Of a stretch of DNA of 64,000 bases, positions 1 to 18,238 are shown piece by piece. Both the position numbers and the translations under genes were made by a program. Each line of letters begins with the position of its first letter. Positions within the stretch are counted from its first letter, which is position 1. Location: the NCBI RefSeq assembly GCF_009914755.1, contig NC_060945.1. One strand, 5' to 3'. The DNA comes from the human T2T-CHM13v2.0 reference genome, Homo sapiens. The notes beneath the pieces are model-generated. The model did no database searches. It was given only the letters and a program-made list of their open reading frames with translations, and was not told where the DNA came from.

Positions 1-168
1 ATCCCTGTCCTTACTGTTTGCTTAACCCTGTGGGCCAAAGCTCCACTACAGCCATGGATGACTCACAAGCTCAAAATGCCTTCGTCCTAAGCTTCACTAG
101 CCGCACGACTTTACAATTGTTCCCAACACACTCTGTGTGCTACTGCAGGCGTCTCTGGGAAATATTTA

Positions 169-682
<514 letters not shown>

Positions 683-719
683 TCACACACTCTATATACA
701 TACTATAGAATATTACTCA

Positions 720-1043
<324 letters not shown>

Positions 1044-1059
1044 CAACTAAACACCCACA

Positions 1060-1429
1060 TGCTGTATATGCATGTGACAGAATATTACTCAGCCACAAAG
1101 AGGAATAGTTCTGGTCACCCTACAGTATGGATAAACCTTGAAGATGTGCTGGGTGAAGGAGGTTAGACACAAAGGACCACACATGACATGATTGTATTTA
1201 TATGAAATGCCCAGAATAGGCAAATCCAGAGAGACAGAAAGCAGATTGGTGGTTTCCAGGGGCTAGGAGGAGAGAGGAATGGGGTGCAACTGCTTAGTGG
1301 ATAGAGGGTTTCCTTTTGGGGTGATGAAAGGCTTTTGGAACTAGATAGAGGGAGCGGGTGTAGAAATGCCACTGAATTGTGCACTTTAAAATGGTTGGTT
1401 TTATGTTAAGTGAATTTCACTTCAATAAA
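1060..1429 (+). mobile_element. Old L1 (L1MB/ME-like) 3' end
   Basis: GAATATTACTCAGCC...AGAATAGGCAAATCCAGAGAGACAGAAAGCAGATTGGTGG...CACTTTAAAATGG...CAATAAA, typical of an L1M 3'UTR. Confidence 0.8.
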
Positions 1430-1495
1430 CCCACCCCCACACACACGCACACATGCATGCACACTTATTGCTTACATCCCCAAAAGAGGCCATGA

Positions 1496-1577
1496 TTTTT
1501 TTTTTTTTTTTTGAGACAGAGTCTCGCTCTGTCGCCCAGGCTGGAGTGCAGTGGCGCGATCTCGGCTCACTGCAAGC
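1496..1577 (-). mobile_element. 5'-truncated AluY-like insertion
   Basis: Terminal ~65 nt of the right arm plus poly(T); TSD AAGAGGCCATGATTTT; AluY-type CTGCAAGC; CpGs intact. Confidence 0.88.
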
Positions 1578-2335
1578 CCCAAGAGGCCATGATTTTAATC
1601 TTTGATTTCACCTGGATACCCCTGGCAAATTGTATTTATATTTTAAAAATAAAACTCCTTGGCTTTAGGGGTGTAGAGGGCCCAATTCCAGAACATTTGG
1701 ATCTCTCCTCTCCGGAGAAACACCATCAACTCAGGAATAGAGGCGTTGAGGGAAGAACACGCAATGGCCAGGACTTCCCCGCCGGCCCGTGTTCCTGATG
1801 CATGGCTGATTTCCCTTTAGCCGAATGCAACGATAACAACAGTGTCCTTGGGAAGCCACCCTCCACCCATTGCCTTCCACATCTGCAATAGGGGTTGAAT
1901 GACATGGAGTTTCTTGTTTCGGTGCTTGAAGAATGATATGGTATGTCAGATGTCACGGGACATTAAATAAAGCTGCTCAGAGATGGAAATTGTTACCGTA
2001 TTTATTTGGAAGTACCAGCAGCCACTTAATTGCAATTTGCAGAAACAAGCTATTGGCTGAGAGTTATTTTTATCAGTTGATTCCACGGTGGATTAAGTGT
2101 TTCTGCCATTTCCAGGGTGAGCATCAAATGCCACAGGCTAACCTTGGAGGCGGGCATCATCTCCCAGTGAGCCTTGGGGGACTGATGGAATTTGGTGAGG
2201 CGCTAAAGCACCGGGCCTGCCCGGGGGGCCTACCTCATCTCACAGCTGGTACACAGATCCCTCCCTGAACATACCCCCAAAGAGGCTCATGGCTCATACT
2301 CCTGTGTCAGATGAAGGGCCACCACGAATGTCTAG

Positions 2336-3201
<866 letters not shown>

Positions 3202-3255
3202 CAGGGACCTGTATGTTGCCACTAGAACTCCTATCTATCTACCTGGTTAACTAGT

Positions 3256-3419
3256 CATCCATATCTCCATCCATCCATCCATTCATCCATCCAGCCAGCC
3301 AGCCAGCCCTATGTCCATCCATCCATTCATCCATCCAGCCAGCCAGCCAGCCCTATGTCCATCCATCCATCCATCCATCCATCCATCTGTCCATCCATCC
3401 ATCCATCCATTCATCCATC
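3256..3419. repeat. (CCAT)n/(CCAG)n compound microsatellite
   Basis: Tetranucleotide runs with a duplicated 44-nt higher-order unit. Confidence 0.92.
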
Positions 3420-3451
3420 TCTCTCACGGCCCTGCTTCTCTCTGTATTTTT

Positions 3452-3690
3452 GAAGCACTCAGGCTCTGAAACCCAATTATTGGACTTCAGGTCCTAGTAA
3501 TTCCATACTGTATATCTCTGTGGCATTTGGTGATTTACTGAAACTCTCTGTGCCTTAATTTCTACATCTTCAAAATGGGGATACAAACCTATCTCAGAAG
3601 ACTGATGAGAGGATTATTGAGTCACTCTCATAAAGCATGTTTGGGATAGTGTTTGGCACTTGGTAACTGCTCTGTAAATGTTAGATGTCA
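3452..3690 (+). mobile_element. MIR SINE
   Basis: Core CTCTCTGTGCCTTAATTTCTACATCTTCAAAATGGGGATA...TGGCACTTGGTAACTGCTC. Confidence 0.75.
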
Positions 3691-3944
3691 CTATCATGAC
3701 TGAAGATGGGCTCCCTGCATGTGGTTTGTGGGGTGGGGGGTGGAAAATAGCCACAGAGAGCTCCCAACCTATGCTGTTCCATCTCAGCAAACCTGAAGGA
3801 GAGGAAGAGTGTTGCTCTTCCCAGCATTGATACATAAAACCCCAGGAGAGAATTCTGGAGCCTTGACCTAGGTCACTGGCCCATCTCTGGGTCACTCCCT
3901 GTGGCCAGGGGGTGGAGTCCTAGGATTGACTGAACAGACGGCAC

Positions 3945-4443
<499 letters not shown>

Positions 4444-6214
4444 GCTCCCCACTAGAAACCTCCCAGAGTGATGAATATCAGTAATGCCCTACCATCTCCC
4501 CCAGGCTCCCACCCCTTCCCCCACGCCAAGGTCTAGCCCAAGAGCAAACCATGGGTTCTGTGTCTGCACCAGCAGGCGCATGGGGTCCTGTGGTGTGCCT
4601 CGGCCCGAGTTCACACACAAGTGGACCTCTTCTCCTTGGCACAAACACAGAATTAAGTTTGCCTCTCAGAGACCACAGTCCAGAGGTACCCCAATGTCAG
4701 AATCAGATTCCACTACCCACTTCCCTGGGGAGAGGTGAGCTTTAGACTCTGCCTGTCTAGACCCCAGATAGATCGTGGGGGACCTCTAGGGTACCTGTCC
4801 AGGAAACGTTAGGAAGTTAGATGAAGTAGAGGAGAAAATGGGCCCAACAGTGATTATGAGGACTGACAGGTCTTTGGGCCAAAGCGTTTGATACTTGGAT
4901 GGAACCATGTGGGTACACTGAGGACACTTCCTTCTGTTGGCCTTTGTCACCCAGTCCTCTCTTCTTAGGATTTCCCGGTCTTCTCTTTTCCAATAACGTC
5001 CCCCTTTCCTGGCTTTGTTTTTCCCTCCAAAGCTTTATCTCTCCCCATACTGATCTGAATCTACAAGTGAGACTCATGGACATTTCTCCTCCACCTTATC
5101 TGCTGCTGAAGCCCTGCATCCACCCCCCACGCACACACCTGACAACCGGCAGAGGTAGACGTCTTTGTTTGTCAGTTATTGGAGACCAATGGCATTTTAA
5201 AAGGTTATTTCTCTTACAGGAAACTGTGTAGCCCAGGGACAGTCACCTTGTGAGCTTCTTTATTCATGAACCCTCACTCTTCCTCCAGGATTGATGGGTG
5301 ACAGCTCCTTGCTCTGGGCCTTTCTTATATATATTTACAGTAGTCTCTGAAGTACATCTTTAATCAAAGGGGCCATGACTCATTGACACATCTTTGGAAT
5401 ATTACTGAGTAACTCATTAAAATGTTAATAGCTTCTGTCTGGATGTATTGATCTTGATGTCAACTATTCTTGGAATAATAAATAAAGTTGATTTTTAAAA
5501 TTTTATCTTTCAACCATGCTGAGTGATAAGTGAGCCAAGGAGTGTCTGAAAGAAAATAAGTCACCTTGGAAGCCCCCGATGGAACAGAATCAAATAGAGA
5601 GGGTCCTATCCAGCTCTGTGATGACAAATGTTATGGCAGACAGAGTTAAGCTCAAACTCACTACAGAACAGGGGAAAACACCCAAAATCCACGGACCATG
5701 TTTTTTTTCCCCCAGGATGTTTCTAAGTAAATAAATCAACAATGGCAACTTTGAATCAATAATTTGTAAATATCTCTGGATGTCTCCAAGTGCTTTCAGC
5801 GGTGGGAGCATGAGTAACACCAGATTTCAAGGAACCAGCATCCCAGGAGCCATCTTTGGTTTTCTAAGACTAACATCCAAGATGGGCTTCCTCCGGCTTT
5901 CAGCCACCTGCGCCCTGCCTGCTGGCTTCTGCTAAGCTCCCCTTTCTACCTTTCTGGTCCTTGAAGACGTCAAGCCCACACCTAACTGGCCTTCTGCCCT
6001 TGATGGTCCCTCCATTGGTCTCTATCAAGGGCCTTCTGCCCTTGATGTTCTGCCTGGAGGGCTCTTTCAGCCTCAGCTGTCCATGCCGCTGCTGGAGAGG
6101 GTTCCTGAACTTCCCATCCTGAAACTGCCGCCACCCGCCCCCAACCTAGCCCTCCCCAGCCTGGGCCTGCTGGGTGTTTAAATCATCAGTGTGGTTTGTC
6201 TACCTGCATTTTCA

Positions 6215-6330
6215 TGGCTCCTTCCAGAAGGACTTGTAGGGACTGTGTGTTTACCTTCTCCTATCTTACTCCTGGGTCCATGTGGGCACACAGTAGGCAT
6301 TCAATAACTGTTGGTTGAATAAATGAATGG
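6215..6330 (+). mobile_element. L2 3' end
   Basis: GGCACACAGTAGGCATTCAATAACTGTTGGTTGAATAAATGAATG. Confidence 0.65.
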
Positions 6331-7936
6331 AAAGTCCCCTAAAATGAGGAAGAGATCTTGGGATGCCCAGAGGGATGAAGCTGAAAAAGTCTCTAACAAG
6401 AAAAGCAGGGGATAGGCTGGAAAGGGACTGCTGCTGAAAACCCGTTAAGAAATGTTTCCACTCCCAGGACAGGGAGGAGGAAGCAATTTAGTTGGAACGT
6501 GCATCTAGGCCTCCCATTACTCCCTGGAGCTCCATCACGGGAAAAATCCTTTACATGGATCCGTGACTCTGGGCCTGAGTGCCACGGTTTCAGGACGCGG
6601 TCAAGCCCTAAGTCAACGTTTCCAGAACAAACACCCGCGACCAGAAGCGGCAAGGGCCGCCAACACACCACATCACTCTCCCGGCCAGGGCCAAGTCCTG
6701 GTAGGAACATGATTATCATTCCTGACGATCTGCCGTGCCGGGCTGGCTGCTCTGATACCCGTCAATGGGCTCATTCAGCCAGGGCCCGGTTTTGCATATT
6801 ATTCTTAATAAACATTCATAGCCCAAGCCATAATGGCTCTTTCAAGGCTCCTGCTTTGAATGCGTGGTAACAACAGAGTGCCTTTGTGTACTTACATGTA
6901 AAAATACACTGGCCACCCTGTTGATACGCAGCATATATATTTATAAATATTTATCACCAAGTCATGGCTGACATTTTCAAAATGCTGCTTTTGAAGTAGA
7001 CCTCGTTTTTCTGTCTCCCAAGCTGAGAGGCCAGACGAGGTTAATTAATCCAATTTTGCCTAATAATGTGCAGTGTAATGATCTCCATGCCTTGGTTTAT
7101 TTGTCAAGGGGGAGGGGGCTCCACGGAAAGGCCTCAGTGACTCCAAAAGGAGGGATTTCCCGACTGCTGCCTTGATCTACAGCCAGCCTGGGGTGATGGA
7201 GACGTGCCCGCAGCACCTTCTGGGGAAGCAAGAAAGAGAAGAAGCTGGTAGAGAAAGAGATCCAGGGTCTGGACTTGGTTCACCCCAGGGGTGGGGGTAA
7301 AGCTGCGGAAGGAACTTCTCTCCCAATTCCATCCCCTCTCCCTGCCCAAGCTCCTGGGAGACACTCTGATTACTGGGAAATAACATTCCAAACTCACGCC
7401 GATGGACTGGACAGGAACTCCTTGCCCTCCATGCTGTGGTCGATAGGGAAGCACTTGAACCAGGATCTGGGGCAAGGCAAGTGTTGGATCTGATCAAGAC
7501 TGGCCAGCAGAAAGACCTGGTCTTGAAGCAGTGAAGAAGTCCATGATGCCAATGGTTTGGCTTCTCTCATTAGGTTGCTTTCACAAACCACCATGCGCTG
7601 AAGACTCCTTGGCAAACCTGATTCCTCTTGATTATCCCAACAAGGGCCTCCTGTTTTGTGCATTTTGACTCGTATTCAGACTCGTCTTCTAGCTCTTAAA
7701 GATGGGAGGCCTCTGCAACAGAACAATGCTTGGAAAGGGGATCTTTAAGCGTACCTAAACTCCCTGAGCTCTGACTCCCCCGTTTGGCTCTGCTCAACTC
7801 CAGTTTGGGTGTCAGCTTTGCACTGCTGTGGCTCTCAGTGTCCTGGGAATCCTGTTTACCAGTTCCCATTCTCCATCCACAGGTGGGCTCCCAGGTCAAG
7901 AGCAGATCTCACAGACCACTGCTCAAAGCTTATCCT

Positions 7937-8158
7937 GGCCAGGTGCAGTGACTCATGCCTCTAACTCCAGTGCTTTGGGAGGTCAAAGTGTGGGGATCAT
8001 GAGGCCAGGAGTTCAAGACCAGCCTGGGCAGTGTAAGAAGACCTGTCTCTGCAAAATGTATCCATGGATTATGGCTCACACCTGTAGTCTCAGTTACTCC
8101 AGAGGCTGAGGCAGGACTGTTTGAGCCCAGAAATTCAAGGCTGCATTGAGCTATGATT
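7937..8158 (+). mobile_element. Degraded AluJ-like element, 3'-truncated
   Basis: GGCCAGGTGCAGTGACTCATGCC...AAGGCTGCATTGAGCTATGATT; no tail. Confidence 0.82.
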
Positions 8159-8589
8159 CCCTTATCACCTCCTCAACCCTGGATTTGTCACTGTCCAGCT
8201 CTGTGGGGCCAGGTTTTCCATCCTATGCTTCCCTCCACCCCACACTCACCTTCACCCTCTTGTCTCTTTATTAAGCAAAACTGGGCTGCCAAATCCCAAC
8301 ACGTTTGTCCCTTTTAACATTCTTCAAACAAAACCTAAGCAGCAAAATTAATTTACTTAAAAAAAAAAATCAGGTGCCAGCGAGAGCCAGTTTAGATTTT
8401 AAGCCACTTTTTATTTGGCTCACCTGCATGCCACGGAAGCCCGTCAGCACCTGGTGCTCACTGACATGGTGTTTGAGTCACAGTTGTGTTACTCAATACA
8501 CCCCTGTTGAGTGGATCAGCACCCAAGTGGGCATTCACTGTGCCCCACATTCACTTCCTCATACCATACGGCCAGAAACGCAGGGAAAA

Positions 8590-8790
8590 AAAAATCCCAG
8601 CTTTGCTTCCTAAAACCTGCGTGACCTTGGGCAAGTTACCTAACCTGTCTAAGCCATAATCTCTTCAACTATAAAACAGGGCTGATAAACTTACTCCACA
8701 GGGCAGGGGTGAGTACCCAATAAGACAATTTGAGAAAGCATCTAGCACGTGGCCAGGCCATAATACGTTCTCAACAAATCTCTATTGAAT
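8590..8790 (+). mobile_element. MIR SINE
   Basis: GTGACCTTGGGCAAGTTACCTAACC core. Confidence 0.75.
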
Positions 8791-8847
8791 CAGTGACCAA
8801 TGAAATGGCATTCTAGAAATGCATTTATTTCTGCTATTTAAAACAGG

Positions 8848-10490
<1,643 letters not shown>

Positions 10491-10794
10491 AATACCTGGA
10501 TAGCACCAGCAGCTCAATCTTGAGGCTTGTAGCACTAATAAGCTTTTGGAAACAAGTGAGTGTGTCCAGCATTGTTTAGCAGACATTCCCTCTCCCCTGG
10601 ATGCCGTGGTACTTTATTTATGCTCTTGGGCATGTATCTTACCCCTGGACCATCCTACAGGTGGGAATCCCCTGATTGCATCTGTAATTAATGTTCCATG
10701 TGTGATTTGTCCTCAGAAGCCCTGAGCTGAGGAGGCACTTAATAAATATTTATTAATTGACATTCGAGTGGACTCGTGTATTGGACACACTTAA

Positions 10795-11373
10795 TGTACT
10801 CCTCAGGTTCTCTCAGCCTCCCCTTCCCCCAGGCCCTCATCTGTGGGTTCTGCCTCCATGGGTGATCAACTTCCTTGGGCCCATGTGATTTTACTGCCTG
10901 AAATCAACCAGCTCCACACCCAGAATCTCTAGCTCCTTCTGGTGTGTGGGGGCTCAGATGAAATCCACACCATAGGATATGGGATCTGGCTTCTCCCTGG
11001 CTGGGGAAGGAACTGGATGAGGCAATTGATAGTACAGGGGAGTTAATCTCCCAGTGTGTGGACTTGGGCCAATGGGACGCAGGAGATTGGAGGAAGCCTA
11101 GCAGACAAGAGCCTTCTCTCTTTCTCCCTCTAATTATTACTCTTCAACACAGTTACTCCACACAGCCCATCTGGGGACATTCCATGGAGCTGATGAGTAT
11201 ACCTGCCAGGCAATGGCCTCTGTCTACACGGCATGCTGCATTGCGTCCCATCCTGCTTGCCTCACTTCCCCTTGACCACACTCTCACTGCCCAAAGAGTG
11301 CACCTTTCAAATAAAGCCTTTGCCCTTAATCCTTGCCTCAGGCTCTGTTTTCTTGGGGACTTGGGCTAAGACA
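10795..11373 (+). mobile_element. ERVL LTR (LTR33/LTR16-like)
   Basis: Terminus AATAAAGCC...TTGCCTCAGGCTCTGTTTTCTTGGGGACTTGGGCTAAGACA. Confidence 0.65.
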
Positions 11374-11480
11374 GGTCATGTGAACGTTGCACAAGCCAGA
11401 TAACAGGGAGGAAAAGGCTTTCTGAATTGAGACCATGTATGAGACAAGGGCTGGGATTGTTAATAAGCCCATTCAGTGAA

Positions 11481-12105
<625 letters not shown>

Positions 12106-13030
12106 TCAGTGAATTTTTATTGAACTGTTTGATTAACATGGTCATGCCAACTACCACCTTGGAGCCCAGGTCATCAGAAAATCAGAGGCACCAGGCTGTG
12201 GGCCCCATGCACCAGCTCACTCCCCTGGGCTCCAGCTCAGCCCAGCCTGATAGCCCAAAAAGTCTTCCTCTCAGCCGTTTTGTGTGTGGGGCTGTGTCTT
12301 CTTTAGCAGCTTGCAAATTCCAGCCATGGAAACCCAAGCAAGGGCAGAGAATCAGAGCAGATTCTCTCCTTTACCTTGTGCTATATTTTAACAAATTAAT
12401 GCAGTTGTAGTTATGTAGAAAGAGATTTGCTCTCGGGTAATGAGGACAACATGGCAGCCTAACTGCTGGTGCATGAATTGGGCAGGCAGGAGGCCTTACC
12501 CTCAGGGACACCTGCTCTCTCTTAGGTCGGCCAATCCACAACAGGGCGCTCATCCAATTTCTGTCCACCTGAGAGTCCACGAGGGCACACCCAGCTGTGC
12601 TCCTTCCTGATCAGGTCCCACTTACCACCCACAAAAGGGGAGAACGTGGCTCTTTTGAAGGATCCTCATTGAGGGCTCTCATGAGTAAATTATCAATGAA
12701 AGTTGATAATTAAAGCAACTACCTCATTTGTTGATAATCCAGCAACAAGTGAGGTAGTTACATTAATATTAAAAGCAGTAACACACACCTTAGATTTGTA
12801 TGGCATTGTGTTGTTTTAAAAATTCTTTTCCAGGTATTGTGCAGTCTGATTACAATGGCACAAGCTACAGCTCAAGCAGCCTTGAGCTAAGAATCGTTGA
12901 ATAGTAGCAGTGCCATAGGGTTCAATGTATTCGGCAGCCGACGTCCAGATTCCAGGGGAAAGGCAACGTGATTACACAGAGGCTTTGTGAAGGGAAGGAC
13001 TAAAGGAAGAGATGTAGAAAGAGGGGAAAG

Positions 13031-13477
<447 letters not shown>

Positions 13478-13489
13478 ATTAAGAAATGG

Positions 13490-13745
13490 GCACTTTGGGA
13501 GGCCAAGGTGGGCGGATCATGAGGTCAGGAGATCGAGACCATCCTAGCTAACACGGTGAAACCCCGCCTCTACTAAAAATACAAAAAAATTAGCTGGGTG
13601 TGGTGGTGGGCGCCTGTAGTCCCAGCTACTTGGGAGGCTGAGGTGGGAGAATGGCATAAACCCGGGAGGCGGAGCTTGCAGTGAACAGAGATCATGCCGT
13701 CAAAAAAAAAAAAAAAAAAAAGAAGAAGAAGAAAAAGAAAAGAAA
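13490..13745 (+). mobile_element. AluY-like, 5'-truncated with a 3' internal deletion
   Basis: GAGATCGAGACCATCCTAGCTAACACGG; TSD AAGAAAT(G/C)GGCA. Confidence 0.88.
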
Positions 13746-14530
13746 TCGGCATGAAATCAAAGTGGCCAACAAGGACCACTTTTCCTATGGAGAAGAGTTC
13801 AGTGTGGTTTTGAGGTTTGGAATTTGATCTGTATTCTTTCAACCAACAATGAACAGATTTAAAAGTAGGTATTTGACAAGTATTTGCTCACTGATGAACA
13901 AACACAGAGGTCAACAAAAGAGGGTTACCAGCACCCCAGAGTGAAAGAATGGAGAGTGGGAATGCGGCTTGTTTGTCTAAGCAGTGGTGGAGCTGAAGCC
14001 ACTTTGATTTCCAGTATGGAATAATTCGTCAGGTGACCTGGGATGAGAATGTTAACCCTCTTTTTGTTGTTATGAAAAAGGCGGATAATATCTATTCCAT
14101 ACAGGGCAGCACTAAAGGAGGGTAAACATGATTGATCACTGTGACTTTGAGGAAGGAAGACAGTATAATAAATACTAATTATAATAACCATTCCTGGCTT
14201 CTAAGAAAAATGCCTTTTAAAAAAGGAAGGAAGGAAAGAACAATCCCTCCAACAGGGGGCCTCCTGGGACAGGCTTGGTGTGTCATGGCCTCGTGCCGGT
14301 CCGAATAAATCCAAAGGGGAAAGGATTCGGTGACAGTTCACAACAGCAGGAGCAGGCAGAAGACCTTCGCTTTTTTCAACGTTTTACATAAATTAATTTC
14401 ATGTTTCAATTGCCACATTATCACAACTTTAGATTAATATACATGGGGCCAAGACTTGCAGATAATTGTATATTTCTGCACTTCACGTAAATGCTAGCTA
14501 TAAACATTTAAAATGTAAAATGTAAAATGA

Positions 14531-15316
<786 letters not shown>

Positions 15317-16230
15317 GTAAAGTCCATAAACTAGCTTCATATAAAAACTCCGGTATATACAACGACAGATATTTCATCATCTCTGGCCCCTAGCAAATAG
15401 TTGCATCCTTGAGTGAATCATTTCAGCTCTCTGTGACTTTGTAATTCCAATCTTATATCCTGTACACTGCCTAGTGCCTTCTGGAAATAAATGGGAACAT
15501 GCCTGAACTTTCCAGATAAATTTACCAGCCCTTTAGCCCTTCCCCTCTCGGCTCTCTGTTTCTTCCCTGTTTCTCGAGAACACGCACATGGTTTACAGCG
15601 TGCTTTACAGCGTTTCAAGCCCAAACAGAACACGCTCCACAGGGAAGGGGCTGATTGGTTTAGTTTTCAGGCAGCCCCGCGAGGGGTGGTAATTGACACT
15701 TGAACAATGACATGTTGCATTCCTTCATATCGCAGCAGTAATTGAACACACATGAACCCCCTGCACTGGTGACCCTGGAGTGTGCCACACACCTGGAAAT
15801 AGTGAGGTTCAATTAATATGTCACCGCCACTAAGCAGCTACCAGTGAGAACCACCAGTCAGCTGCCACAGCCCAGCGGTCACAGAACAAAGCAGAGAGCA
15901 ATGCGGGGTGAACCCCGGGAGCTGCTGCTCCCCTGCAGAGCTTCCCCGGACTGGCCCCTAAAATCTGGTTTTCCCAAAAAAACTTACTCACTTTTAATGA
16001 CTCCAATTAATTTTATCTAACAGCTTTGTTCACCTCTCCCTCAAAGAGTTATTTTTGCATTAAAATAGCAAAATGCTCAACTAGAAGGGGACGGCAATGA
16101 CCCAGCTAAATTTTTGTGATGACACTTTTAATATAAAAAACAGATCAGAAATGGAATATGATATGAATATGAATATGAAAGGCGGGATTCAAGCCAAGGA
16201 AATAAAGAAAGAATGATGGATTCCACCTCT

Positions 16231-16610
16231 TTCATTCAGTCCCTTGAGTATTTGTGGTGTGCTGACAGTAGCCCGGGGTTACTGCAGAGATTATTGCAAG
16301 CCTGGCAGCTGCTCTTCCAGAGCTCACAGACTCGGGGTGATAGCACAATGATGTGGGACAAATCCCCCGAGGCAGAGAATGGGGCACCCAGGGCAGCCTC
16401 ATCAGTGCCCTCCCCTCATCTGGAAATCTCAGGAGACTTCCTGGAGGAAGCTGCATCTAAGCTGGAGAAGCAGCAGGAGTGAGGAGGGGAAGAGAAGGGA
16501 GAGGGGAGAGGGGTCCAGGCAGAGGCCAGCACTGCCAAGGCTGTGAGGCCAGAGAGAAAGTGGCAACATGAGGAGGGGGTGCAGAAGGAAAAGGGGAGTT
16601 TGGAAGCCAA
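16231..16610 (-). mobile_element. L2 fragment (diverged)
   Basis: TTCATTCA...TTGAGTATT start and GACTTCCTGGAGGAAG...GAGGCCAGAGAG, typical of antisense L2. Confidence 0.5.
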
Positions 16611-16682
16611 GGTCAGAAGTGGGCACTTCCATTTCAGAGCCTAGTTACACTTTTTCCAGAACCAATAGCTATTCTCCTCCTT

Positions 16683-16684
<2 letters not shown>

Positions 16685-16751
<67 letters not shown>

Positions 16752-16765
16752 AAGAGCGAGAGAGA
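16685..16765. repeat. (AC)21(AG)12+ microsatellite
   Basis: Direct reading. Confidence 0.95.
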
Positions 16766-17096
16766 ATATTAGCATTCAAACAAGAGTAAAGCTACAATTT
16801 TGGCATATTCTTGGAAGAGAGGAAAATGGACATTTCATTTTATATTTAATAAATTCCATTTAATTAATTAACAAAACCTGGCAGCACTCCCCGAATGAAT
16901 GAAAATCTGCCAAATCTGAAGGCCAACAACGCTGTTGCACAAAGTCTGACAACTTGCTGTCCCTGGCCACACCCCAGCCCAGATCTCCCTGCCAGCCTTG
17001 TCATTTTGTCGTGCGTTTGCTGGCAGTGGCACGCAGCGGGTTACTTCGGGTCTCTGGGCTCAGGCTTCCCCTGTAAGGTGAGGAGCTGTGACTTAG

Positions 17097-17598
<502 letters not shown>

Positions 17599-17884
17599 AA
17601 CATGTGTTTATCTCTACACTCTCCTCAAATCTCACTAAAATGACAGTAAAGGCAAAAAAAGGAACACACTTGCAGAGACAACAAGGTCAGGAGAAGAAAC
17701 CGTGGAATATGAGAAAGCTTAGCAATATTTTGAAGGGAGAACAATGCATGGGCTAATGGTCTCTGGCTTAGCGGGCTGGAGAGAGATGAGCCCTGCCAGC
17801 TGGAGTGAGGTGGAGGGGGTGAGCCCTCAAGAAACAAGATGATTTCTGATCCAGAATCACAGAAACACTCAGAAATCAGGGGCT

Positions 17885-18238
<354 letters not shown>

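Noticed and set aside
12750-12771. let-7 family microRNA gene
   Set aside because: Only the 5' end (TGAGGTAGT) matches; the rest of the mature sequence does not, and the motif sits at the base of the 3' arm of a short stem, unlike a pre-let-7.
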